Source: a virus
Taxonomy: Duplodnaviria > Caudoviricetes
IMG/VR virus record: IMGVR_UViG_3300043473_000169
Coordinates: 624-64,623 of that record
Direction: 5' to 3' (one strand)
Length of the DNA stretch: 64,000 nt
Shown here: piece after piece, positions 35,928-44,316 of the stretch
Layout: every line of letters begins with the position of its first letter
Numbering within the stretch: position 1 is the stretch's first letter
Made by a program: the position numbers and the translations under genes
Notes under the pieces: model-generated
Seen by the model: only the letters and a program-made list of their open reading frames with translations
What the model was told of the DNA's origin: nothing
Database searches by the model: none

Positions 35928-36517
35928 TGGCAGCAAAAACGAAAACGGCGGCCAAGCCGGTCAAGCCTGTGGCGAAGCCCGCAGCCCCCGCCCCTAAAAA
36001 GACCAACTTCAAGGTCCACCCCGATGACGTGCAGCGGGCCATGAACCTGATCGAGGCGTACATTACTGAAAGGGTGGAGGCGATCAAGGACCGAAGCGTG
36101 CTCAACACCGCTGTGGCAGCCATCAAGGTGATGGATAACTTTTTCAAGTTGAAGGAGAGTATTGGCAGTCGGCTCAAGACGCCACTGGAAGAGGCCTACA
36201 ACACGCTGCGGTTCACCACGGTGCCCACCCTGATGGACGATGAAGAAATCACCACCATCGGCGTTGACGACGTGGGGCGCGTCAACATTCAGGATGACCT
36301 GTCGCTGTCGGTCAAGGACAAGGACGCCCTGCATGACTGGCTCACTGAACAAGACCTCGAAGACATGATAATCCCGTCCGTCAATGCCCAGACCTTGACA
36401 GCCTTCTTCCGGGGGCGCATCAAGGAGGGCAAGAAGCAGGATGGCACGGGATTGCCGAATCCGGAAATCGTAGAAGTTACCCCGTTCGTACGGGCATCAA
36501 TCACTCGCAGTAAATAA
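35927..36517 (+). CDS. Conserved phage protein upstream of the SSB-like gene
   Basis: 'LRF..VP.LMD......DWL.E......I.PSVNAQTL.AF'; start MAAKTK at 35927. Confidence 0.7.
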   Translation: MAAKTKTAAKPVKPVAKPAAPAPKKTNFKVHPDDVQRAMNLIEAYITERVEAIKDRSVLNTAVAAIKVMDNFFKLKESIGSRLKTPLEEAYNTLRFTTVPTLMDDEEITTIGVDDVGRVNIQDDLSLSVKDKDALHDWLTEQDLEDMIIPSVNAQTLTAFFRGRIKEGKKQDGTGLPNPEIVEVTPFVRASITRSK

Positions 36518-36529
36518 AGGAGATCATCA

Positions 36530-37354
36530 ATGGCATCTGCCAAACCTGTCACAAAACCCGCCCCGAAGGCCGCTGCAAAGCCCGCTTCGAAGGCGGTCAC
36601 GTCACCCAAACCGACACCGGCTGTCAAGCGGGACGAGAACATGCCTGCTTACATCAAGCAGGGTGGTCCGGCCCGTGGCAACGAGAATGTAGGCACTTCG
36701 GATCTGGTCATTCCCCGGCTTGAGATTGTTCAGGCGCTGAGCCCGTGCATCAAGAAGAACGACGCCGCCTACATTGAAGGGGCCGAGATGGGCGACGTGT
36801 TCAACACCATCACGCGCGAACTGTACAAGGCCGACACCGGCGTGCTGGTCATCCCGATCACGTACAAGAAAGAGTACCTCGTGTGGAAGGACCGCAAAGA
36901 GGGCGGGGGCTTCCGGGGTTCCTTCGACAGCATCGACGAGGCCAACGCCCGCATTGCCGGTGAGCGGGACGCCGAGCACCTGCAGGCCATGGAAACGGGC
37001 CAGCAGTTGGTGTTGGTGGTCGACGAGGATGGGGCCACCGACGAGTCGAAGATGGCGATGGTGTCAATGTCCCGGACCAAGTTGAAGGTCAGCAAAAATT
37101 GGAATTCGCTGATCCGGCTCAATGGCGGGGACCGCTTTTCACGGGTCTACCGGTTGATCACCGCCGACGAGCAGAACAACAACGGCGACGACTACAAAAA
37201 CTTCAGCGTGATGGCGGCGGGCTTCCCGGAAGAAGACGCGTACCATCAGGCCGAGGAAATCTACAAGTCGGTCACGTCGGGGGCCTTGAAGTACAAGGTC
37301 GACACCACGCAGGAAGGGGACGAGAGCGAGACCAAGGGAAAGAGCGAGTACTAA
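36530..37354 (+). CDS. Putative single-stranded DNA-binding/annealing protein
   Basis: 'G.ENV...DL.IPRL..VQALSP', 'EY..W.DR..GGG' and an acidic tail; AAGGAG RBS. Confidence 0.6.
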   Translation: MASAKPVTKPAPKAAAKPASKAVTSPKPTPAVKRDENMPAYIKQGGPARGNENVGTSDLVIPRLEIVQALSPCIKKNDAAYIEGAEMGDVFNTITRELYKADTGVLVIPITYKKEYLVWKDRKEGGGFRGSFDSIDEANARIAGERDAEHLQAMETGQQLVLVVDEDGATDESKMAMVSMSRTKLKVSKNWNSLIRLNGGDRFSRVYRLITADEQNNNGDDYKNFSVMAAGFPEEDAYHQAEEIYKSVTSGALKYKVDTTQEGDESETKGKSEY

Positions 37355-37360
37355 GAACGT

Positions 37361-37422
37361 GGGCCGGGGTGCATAGGACTGTCTCTCCGGCTGGTGGTTT
37401 GACTCCACCCCCTCGGCCCACC
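37361..37422 (+). other. tRNA-half-like (acceptor plus T-arm) hairpin
   Basis: GGGCCGGGG pairs with CCTCGGCCC, followed by A-CC; internal GGTGG-TTTGACT-CCACC arm. Confidence 0.3.
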
Positions 37423-37435
37423 CTTTGAGGACAAC

Positions 37436-37714
37436 ATGGCATACACAGACGTCGAAAAGTTAGCATCGCTCCGGGTCAGCAAGAAGTCGGATAACACCGA
37501 CGTCAAGCCTGTTGATTTGTTGCGTGCCGCGGTATACGCAATCGAGACCGGGGCCGATGCCCCCACGTCAGTAATCATTCTTACGAGGGAGATTGGCGAA
37601 GACAACTCAATAATCACGGGATCGTGGCGCTGTGGGATCCGGCGCGAAGAAGAGCTATGCCTGTACATTTTTGCACAGGACCACTTGATACAAAAAATGA
37701 GGAAAGGTCAATGA
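37436..37714 (+). CDS. Hypothetical protein
   Basis: 92 aa; GAGG RBS. Confidence 0.6.
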   Translation: MAYTDVEKLASLRVSKKSDNTDVKPVDLLRAAVYAIETGADAPTSVIILTREIGEDNSIITGSWRCGIRREEELCLYIFAQDHLIQKMRKGQ

Positions 37715-37986
37715 AAGTCTCGATGCAACAGGTGATGGACGAGATTTATGACGTGTCCTATCACAGACTTGGCGATAGCACGGTCACGGTCTGCCTGATC
37801 AAGCTCAAGAACGGCTTCACGGTCACGGGTCAGTCGGCCTGCGTCGATCCCGCCGAGTACAACAAGGAAATCGGGGAGCAGATCGCCTACAAACGGGCCG
37901 AGGACGCAATCTGGAGCTTCTTGGGCTTCCGGCTGGCTGACAACATGATGGCGGCCCACTACAAGGAGTTGGAGGGCGGGGTATGA
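37711..37986 (+). CDS. N4 gp49/Sf6 gp66 family protein (Acb4-like sponge candidate)
   Basis: 'TVTVC...LKNGFTVTGQSACVDPAEYNKEIGEQIAY..A...IW..LGF.L' family signature; start at 37711. Confidence 0.8.
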   Translation: MKVSMQQVMDEIYDVSYHRLGDSTVTVCLIKLKNGFTVTGQSACVDPAEYNKEIGEQIAYKRAEDAIWSFLGFRLADNMMAAHYKELEGGV

Positions 37987-38291
37987 CCGAACTCAAACCG
38001 GGCGAAAAACCCGAACCGGTCAAGATCGTGATGCCGGGCGGGCAACCCGCGCCCACCAACGTGGTCTACACGAACGCGATGGGGCACCAGAAGCTCCCGA
38101 TCAACCACAAGCATGAGGAACTGATCCAGCGCATCCGGGACGCGGGTCTGGAGTTGTACGTCCTGCTGCATGAGGCGGGCGGCACCAACCCCAATGAGGA
38201 ACGGTTCGCTAACCGCAGCCTCGCGATCGCGGCCACCGACCTGCAGACGGTTATCATGTGGGCCGTACGTGGCGTCTGCGACCGCAAATGA
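37983..38291 (+). CDS. Acb2/Tad1-like nucleotide-sponge candidate
   Basis: Helical hairpin ending 'RSLAIAATDLQTVIMWAVRGV'. Confidence 0.55.
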   Translation: MTELKPGEKPEPVKIVMPGGQPAPTNVVYTNAMGHQKLPINHKHEELIQRIRDAGLELYVLLHEAGGTNPNEERFANRSLAIAATDLQTVIMWAVRGVCDRK

Positions 38292-39688
38292 AGCGGACGG
38301 TGATTTTTGGGCCCCCGGGTTGTGGTAAGACGCATGAACTTGCCAGCATTACCGCTGCGTACCTGTCAGCGCGCACTGGTCGCGTGCTGTTCACGTCCCA
38401 CACCCGGGCTGCGGCCCAAACCGCGCTGGAACGCGTCGGAATCAGCCCGCGCATTGATACCTCGACCCTGCATTCGTTCTGTTTCAAGCAGTTGAAGTTG
38501 TCGCGGGCACAGACCGTGGACGACGCCAAGCTGGTTGAAATCTTCGACGAGTTTGGGCTGGATTCCGAGGACGGCGGGCAGGGGCGGCAATATCAGGAAG
38601 TCATGTCCTATTCCGCGTGCACCGGCAAGCCGCTGATGGAGGCTTACGAGCAGCTGGGGTCCCCCGGCACCCGGCACCACTTCGAGTCGTTCGAGCGCAG
38701 CTACCGCCAGTGGAAAATGTCCAACGGCTTCATGGATTTTGATGACATGCTGCTCAGGTACCTGCAAACCAAAACGTCGTCGGGGCACGGGCTACTCCTG
38801 ATCGATGAAGCGCAGGACATGACGCCGCTCCACTGGAAAGTGGTCAAGTGGTTCATCAAGCTCAACCCCACTTGTTCGATCGTGATTGCCGGCGATGACG
38901 ATCAATGTTTATACTCGTACGCGGGGGCCGACCCCCACGGCATGATTCAGTTTGCGGAGGATCACAAAGCTAAACAGCGGGTGTTGACGCAGTCACACCG
39001 AGTTCCTCGAATACCCCACGCGCTGGCGCAGAAGATAGCAGCACGAATGTCACAACGAGTGGAGAAGAAATATGAACCAACCGATCAAGACGGAACCATA
39101 TCAGGCTTTGGAAGCTTTGATACGGACGGCCTCATGGAAACGAGACGAGACACGCTCATTCTCTATAACGATAAGTTTGTCAGGAAAGAAATCGAGTCAG
39201 AGCTTATCGACGCAGGAATTCCTTTCACCGCCACCGGAGGATTTCCAGCCCCCCTCCAGTCCAAAGGGGCCAAAGCCGTCTACTCGGCGCTGGGAAACAC
39301 TCCAGACGCTAATACCATTCGAAAAGGACTTAACGAGCGAGGAATTGACCTCTTTAATTCGGCGGGTCTCGAACCAGTTATCAGCAAGATTCGACGCGGC
39401 GACCACTCTGTTGTTAATTTCGGGGGCAATGAATGGCTTGTTGGGGACTATTACGCACGCGTCGACTGGACGCGACCCCCCGTTATAAGGATCTCAACAA
39501 TCCACGGTGCAAAGGGTATGGAAGCTGACGACGTGCACCTGATGTTGGACCAGTCGCAAGCGGCGCTGGACTATCATTTCACGGATCCGGACGCGGTGCA
39601 CCGCCTGTTCTATGTGGGCGTCACCCGCGCCCGCCACAACCTATACGTTTACGAAGGCGAGAATGGCTACGACCTTCCCGAATACTGA
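38288..39688 (+). CDS. UvrD/Rep-like (SF1) helicase
   Basis: 'FGPPGCGKT', 'IDEAQD', 'AGDDDQCLY', 'LTQSHR', 'STIHGAKGME', 'LFYVGVTRA'. Confidence 0.92.
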   Translation: MKRTVIFGPPGCGKTHELASITAAYLSARTGRVLFTSHTRAAAQTALERVGISPRIDTSTLHSFCFKQLKLSRAQTVDDAKLVEIFDEFGLDSEDGGQGRQYQEVMSYSACTGKPLMEAYEQLGSPGTRHHFESFERSYRQWKMSNGFMDFDDMLLRYLQTKTSSGHGLLLIDEAQDMTPLHWKVVKWFIKLNPTCSIVIAGDDDQCLYSYAGADPHGMIQFAEDHKAKQRVLTQSHRVPRIPHALAQKIAARMSQRVEKKYEPTDQDGTISGFGSFDTDGLMETRRDTLILYNDKFVRKEIESELIDAGIPFTATGGFPAPLQSKGAKAVYSALGNTPDANTIRKGLNERGIDLFNSAGLEPVISKIRRGDHSVVNFGGNEWLVGDYYARVDWTRPPVIRISTIHGAKGMEADDVHLMLDQSQAALDYHFTDPDAVHRLFYVGVTRARHNLYVYEGENGYDLPEY

Positions 39689-41600
39689 GTTACTCCTCAG
39701 CCGGGATCTGGTGGCCTGCGACACCGAGACCACCGGGCTTGAATGGTGGAAGGGCGACAAAATCTTCGGTATTTCCCTGTCGTGGAGGAATGATGACGGA
39801 GCCTATCGGTCCTTTTACGGTGACGTGCGGGAGGCAGGGGTGCTTAGGTGGGCTCGTGACGTTATCCCAAGACTTCGCCGCATCACAAACCACCACAGTA
39901 AATTTGACATTCACATGCTGCGGGGAAGTAAGATCATACTCGATCCGCGCCGTATCCACTGTACCCTCATACGAGAAACAATCCTCGACGAGGATCAATA
40001 CGAGTATAGCCTCGATCGACTTAGCCGTAAGTACCTTGGAAGAGGCAAGGAAGAGATCTGGGGGGAACTGGCGCGACTTTTCGGAGGTGCTCCCGATAAG
40101 GACACGCAGATTCTCAACCTTAAGCGGGCCCCTACGCCCCTCGTCGCGCGCTACGCGAACGTGGACTCACTCAATGCCCTGCAGATACATGAGAAGCAGG
40201 AGCCGCTGATTGACAAGGAAGACCTGCAGCGGATCGCGGCGCTGGAACAGGCGCTGATGCGCGAGGTTGTTGACATGGAGGCGGGCGGGGTGCCGGTCAA
40301 CATCCCTGCCGCGGAACAGGCCAGCGAGCACCTCGGGAAGGAAGTCAGGCGATTGCAGCGTGTCATTGACCGGATGACCAAGATTAAGGGGTTCAATGTC
40401 AACTCCCACATTCAGGTGAAGAAGCTGCTGGGGGTGCATCAGGACGCCAACGGGATCTGGTGGACAAAGGACATGGTCAAGCTGGAGCCGACCGAGTCTG
40501 GCAAGACCGGGAGCTTGAAGACCGAGAAGCTGTACCAATGCACCCTGCCTGAGGCCACCGTGATCGCGGACCTGCGCTCCATGATGAAGGCCAAGGACAC
40601 GTTCATTGATAAATACATTCTCACCATGTCGCATAAAGGGCTCGTGCATGCCAGCATCAATCAAACGAAAACCGAAGAAGGCGACGGGACCTACACTGGT
40701 CGCTTCTCTATCACTGAACCTGCGCTCCAGCAGATCCATAAACGCAACAAGAAAATGGCTGCGATTGTCCGGTCCTGCTTTATCCCCGATGATGGCTGTG
40801 TGTGGACTTGTTACGACTGGGCGCAAAAAGACTTCCGTATCTTTGGTCATTACGTCAATGACCCTAAAATCAATGCAATCTTTGCAGGAAACCCGAGGGC
40901 TGACTTTCACCGGGTCACTTCGGACATTACTGGACTGCCACGCGATCGTGATCAGAAGACAGGAGGGGCGAATGCGAAACAAATGAATCTCGGCCTGATC
41001 TTTGGCATGTCGGCGGGGCGCATGGCCAAGGAAATGATGCTGCCGTACAGCATGCGGGGTTCGTGCCGCAATGAAGACTGCGGCATGCACGGGGCCAGCG
41101 TGGCTGTGTCCCCCTGCCCCACCTGCGGCAAAAAGATCGAACTGTACTTTGAGGCGGGGGAGGAGGCGCAGGGTCTGTTCTCCAAGTACCATAAGAACAT
41201 CCCCGGGGCGGAAAAACTGAAAAAGAAAGTAGCGTCGATCGCCCGCGACCGGGGCTACATAACGACCCAGCTTGGACGCCGGATCCGCTTCCCCAACCGT
41301 AACATGGCGTACAAGGCCGCTGGATTGTTATTTCAATCTCAGGCGGCGGAGTCCATGAAGGTCAAAATCGTCGAACTGGGGGAATACCAGCGGAGCCTCC
41401 CGCGTGATATGATGCGCCTGATGGTGGTGGTCCACGACGAATATGACATAAGTTTACGAGAGGGACGGAACCCCAAGATCGACGGCGAGATTAAACACAT
41501 TTTAGAGCGGTTTGATGGAGACATAACGCCCCTGTCGTACCGCATACCTATTTTGGCCGATTTTGGAATCGGCCCTAACTGGTGGGAGGCAAGTAAATGA
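39663..41600 (+). CDS. dpoZ: Family A DNA polymerase with 3'-5' exonuclease; DpoZ candidate
   Basis: Exo 'CDTETTGL' and 'HSKFDIH'; 'TGRFS..EP.LQQI'; motif A DWAQKDFR; motif B NAKQMNLGLIFG; motif C VVHDE. Polymerase call is strong; dpoZ is inferred from linkage to purZ. Confidence 0.85.
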   Translation: MATTFPNTELLLSRDLVACDTETTGLEWWKGDKIFGISLSWRNDDGAYRSFYGDVREAGVLRWARDVIPRLRRITNHHSKFDIHMLRGSKIILDPRRIHCTLIRETILDEDQYEYSLDRLSRKYLGRGKEEIWGELARLFGGAPDKDTQILNLKRAPTPLVARYANVDSLNALQIHEKQEPLIDKEDLQRIAALEQALMREVVDMEAGGVPVNIPAAEQASEHLGKEVRRLQRVIDRMTKIKGFNVNSHIQVKKLLGVHQDANGIWWTKDMVKLEPTESGKTGSLKTEKLYQCTLPEATVIADLRSMMKAKDTFIDKYILTMSHKGLVHASINQTKTEEGDGTYTGRFSITEPALQQIHKRNKKMAAIVRSCFIPDDGCVWTCYDWAQKDFRIFGHYVNDPKINAIFAGNPRADFHRVTSDITGLPRDRDQKTGGANAKQMNLGLIFGMSAGRMAKEMMLPYSMRGSCRNEDCGMHGASVAVSPCPTCGKKIELYFEAGEEAQGLFSKYHKNIPGAEKLKKKVASIARDRGYITTQLGRRIRFPNRNMAYKAAGLLFQSQAAESMKVKIVELGEYQRSLPRDMMRLMVVVHDEYDISLREGRNPKIDGEIKHILERFDGDITPLSYRIPILADFGIGPNWWEASK

Positions 41601-41800
41601 CGTCTTGCAGGCCTAAGTATTTAGACAACCCGATTACCGAGTATTGGCTCAGGCACTATCTCCACGACCTGTGCACCTTATGTGGCAACTCAGGTCGCAT
41701 CGACACGACCGGGGTAAAGTCTGCGGCGGGAGTGGAGGTGGGCCGAATTAACTTTTGCATATGCCCGAATGGGCAGGTTTTGAGGGAGGCATCGAAATGA
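41597..41800 (+). CDS. Zinc-finger protein
   Basis: CTLCGNSG...CICPNG; ATGA overlap. Confidence 0.6.
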   Translation: MTSCRPKYLDNPITEYWLRHYLHDLCTLCGNSGRIDTTGVKSAAGVEVGRINFCICPNGQVLREASK

Positions 41801-42051
41801 GTAGTTATTGGTATTATCATGAGTGGGACAACGAAGCTGGAAAGTGCAAGGTCTGCGGCAAGACCAGTGCCGAGATTGGTCCGGCCCCGGACGCGCAGAT
41901 GCACTTACCCGGCAAGAAGTGGCGGATTGGCAGCGTTAGGTGTCGGCCCATTGCCGACCACCCTGTGACGCAGCCGGTGAAGGAGCCGGTCGTCGAGGAA
42001 GGGCCGGAAGACGAGCCGGACAAGCCCAAACGCAAACGATTCTTTATATAG
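41797..42051 (+). CDS. Cys-containing hypothetical protein
   Basis: Start at 41797 after GGAGG; CKVC. Confidence 0.55.
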   Translation: MSSYWYYHEWDNEAGKCKVCGKTSAEIGPAPDAQMHLPGKKWRIGSVRCRPIADHPVTQPVKEPVVEEGPEDEPDKPKRKRFFI

Positions 42052-42060
42052 GGAGACGAT

Positions 42061-43209
42061 ATGCAAAAGATTGTCATGATTCAGGGCCTGCAATTCGGGT
42101 CCGAAGCCAAGGGGTCCATTGCAGCGGGGGTCGCGAAAGACTGGAAGCCGGACACTACCGTCACCGCGTGGGGTCCAAACGCGGGGCACACGGTCCGGGA
42201 CGGGGACTTCAAGTTCGTGTCCAGCATGCTCGCGACCGGCTCCCTGTACCCCGACGTCCACACCGTTTTGATCGGGCCGGGGTCAGTGGTCGACTTCAAG
42301 AAGCTGACAGCGGAGGTGCTCGAAGCCGGGGAGCGGCTTCGCGGTAAACGCATCCTGATCCACCCGCAGGCGGCATACCTGAAACCCGGCAATGCCGAGA
42401 AGGAAGCGTCCACGTTGCTGCGCATCGGCTCCACGATGAAGGGCACCATGGAAGCGGTCTACGACAAGATGCGGCGGGTGGAAATAGCCACCGTCGGGGG
42501 CGTGTTGGTCAGCCTGCGGGATGAACTGCTGGAGGCCGCGGAGAAAGTTGAACTGTTCGTGTCGTTCAATGAGGACAAGTACGACAAAGCGGTCGACGAC
42601 AGTGAGCGCATGCTGATCGAGGGCGCGCAGGGGTTCAGCCTCGGAATCCACGGGCAGTTCTACCCCTATTGCACCTCCCGCGACGTGTCCACCGTGCAGA
42701 CCTTGGCCGACTGCCGAATCCCTTACCCTGCTGGCCCGCAAGAGCAGATGGCAATAATCGGGGTGCTCCGCACTTATCCGATAAGAGTGGCTAACCGCAT
42801 GGGGGAGCATGGGCAGAAATACACCTCCGGGGGCATTTATGAAGATCAGGTAGAACTCGACTGGCAGAAAGATTTAGGTCGGGAGCCTGAACTCACGACC
42901 GTGACAAAACTCCCACGCCGCGTGTTCTCGTTTTCTTATGAACAGATTCGCCAAGCGGTGCGCATCGTCCGGCCCACCCAACTAGCGCTCACCTTCTGCG
43001 ACTACCTTGAGGACAAGCCGGTGTTCAACAAGGATGAAGTGGGGGAGATGGGTCCCCGGGTTCGCAACATGATCCGCGCCATCCGTGAAGCGACCGATAA
43101 AGCGGGGCACGGGGTCAACGTGGAGACCGTGAGCTACGGGCCGGATCTGGCGGACACCTTCGAAATGGCCCCGGGTTATGGCGTCAAACAAAACGCATTC
43201 AAAGAATAG
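42061..43209 (+). CDS. purZ: PurZ, N6-succino-2-amino-2'-deoxyadenylate synthase (PurA paralogue)
   Basis: P-loop QFGSEAKG has Ser where PurA has the catalytic Asp (GDEGKG). Also NAGHT, IGST, EGAQGFSL, YPYCTSRD, YPIRV and ELTTVTK..RRVFSFS. Short archaeal-like length. Confidence 0.92.
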   Translation: MQKIVMIQGLQFGSEAKGSIAAGVAKDWKPDTTVTAWGPNAGHTVRDGDFKFVSSMLATGSLYPDVHTVLIGPGSVVDFKKLTAEVLEAGERLRGKRILIHPQAAYLKPGNAEKEASTLLRIGSTMKGTMEAVYDKMRRVEIATVGGVLVSLRDELLEAAEKVELFVSFNEDKYDKAVDDSERMLIEGAQGFSLGIHGQFYPYCTSRDVSTVQTLADCRIPYPAGPQEQMAIIGVLRTYPIRVANRMGEHGQKYTSGGIYEDQVELDWQKDLGREPELTTVTKLPRRVFSFSYEQIRQAVRIVRPTQLALTFCDYLEDKPVFNKDEVGEMGPRVRNMIRAIREATDKAGHGVNVETVSYGPDLADTFEMAPGYGVKQNAFKE

Positions 43210-43218
43210 GAGACGACG

Positions 43219-43662
43219 ATGACGGAAGAAGAATCTGTTAACTGGGACTCGATGGAGGAAGCCTCGATTGCCATCAGTGATTGGGCCGACCGCACCTTCC
43301 CGGGGCGGTCCCCCAAGGCGTCCCTGCTCAAGCTCAACATGGAGGAAATCCCTGAACTGCTCACGCACCTGAAAACGCGGGGCACCAGCAAGATCGGCGA
43401 CGAACTGGCCGACTGCTTCATCCTGCTGCTCGACCTGTCAGTGATCTGGAATGTCGATCTCAAGAAGGCCATTGCGCACAAGATGCAAATCAACAACCAT
43501 CGCATGTGGGTGAAAGATAATGAAACCGGGTTCTTCAATCATGTCGTCATTACCCAAACCGTCGACCAGTCAGGAGCCGATGCCGCTCGTGGACGCCCTG
43601 CGGGTTTCGATCAAGCGGGTCCGGGGCCGGAAACGCTGGATCAAAAGGTGGACGAGAGGTAA
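43219..43662 (+). CDS. mazZ: MazZ / DUF550-type dGTP/dATP pyrophosphohydrolase
   Basis: 'W.DRTFP......L.K..EE..E...DELAD..ILLLD......K..IN..R.W' all-alpha MazG pattern; directly after purZ. Confidence 0.85.
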   Translation: MTEEESVNWDSMEEASIAISDWADRTFPGRSPKASLLKLNMEEIPELLTHLKTRGTSKIGDELADCFILLLDLSVIWNVDLKKAIAHKMQINNHRMWVKDNETGFFNHVVITQTVDQSGADAARGRPAGFDQAGPGPETLDQKVDER

Positions 43663-43668
43663 CAAGAA

Positions 43669-44316
43669 ATGACTTCCGATGAAGTACAACTACTGGCCGA
43701 GACCGGCTACCGGCTGCAACTGGCCGGGATTCCACGCTGGACGATCATTGACATGCGCCGCAGGCAGAACGTCGCGGAACATTCATTCAACGTCCTGATC
43801 CTGAGCATTTCGCTCTATGAGTACATGCAGAACGACGTCAGCCACAACAAGTTTGACCGCGAGTCATTGATGCTGTGGGCAATTGACCACGACATGGACG
43901 AAATCGAAACCGGCGACATGCCCACACCATTTAAAGCCGAAATAGAAAAGCTGGCCCCCGGGGTCACGCACGAGGCCCTTGACAACCTGATGATCAACCG
44001 GCTGCCGTCGTTTGTGTCGCGTCGACGCGGGATGAAAGGCTCCTACCCCTACGACGTGGTCAAGATCGCGGACAAACTGGAAGAGGTGCTGTACAACAAG
44101 ACCCACGGGTACACGTTGCGGGCGCAATATGCACTGGTCGAGGGTTTGCGGTTGATTCGGTCTCGCCTGTTGCAGGCGGAGAAAGCCCACCCCCGTTACG
44201 ATTGGGGGCGGGCGCGCGACTGGCTGGAATATTTTCTAGGCAGCATCACGGGGGATTCCCCGGGCTGGGTGGCCTCTGGAATGCCGGCGATCCGTGAATT
44301 GCTGGCACCGGCTTAA
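43669..44316 (+). CDS. datZ: DatZ, HD-domain dATP triphosphohydrolase
   Basis: 'PRW..I...QNVAEHSFNV', 'HDMDE..TGD.PTPFK', 'VKIAD.LE'; third gene of the Z cluster. Confidence 0.88.
   Translation: MTSDEVQLLAETGYRLQLAGIPRWTIIDMRRRQNVAEHSFNVLILSISLYEYMQNDVSHNKFDRESLMLWAIDHDMDEIETGDMPTPFKAEIEKLAPGVTHEALDNLMINRLPSFVSRRRGMKGSYPYDVVKIADKLEEVLYNKTHGYTLRAQYALVEGLRLIRSRLLQAEKAHPRYDWGRARDWLEYFLGSITGDSPGWVASGMPAIRELLAPA

Noticed and set aside
26791-37422. Functional tRNA genes, including a possible CTA amber-suppressor reading at 26827-26829
   Set aside because: No anticodon stem can be paired in either element, so they are kept only as tRNA-like relics.
42061-43209. Ordinary adenylosuccinate synthetase (purA) as an auxiliary metabolic gene
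   Set aside because: The catalytic P-loop Asp is Ser and the gene is followed by MazG-like and HD hydrolases, which is the purZ context.
44313-44316. Overlapping convergent stop codons of datZ and the polyprotein as a regulatory device
   Set aside because: Tail-to-tail overlaps are common in compact phage genomes, and nothing else here suggests antisense control.
16900-44316. Integrase, repressor/lysogeny module, phage RNA polymerase, introns or inteins
   Set aside because: No tyrosine/serine recombinase, single-subunit RNAP, homing-endonuclease or intein motifs were recognised, and the core genes are uninterrupted.
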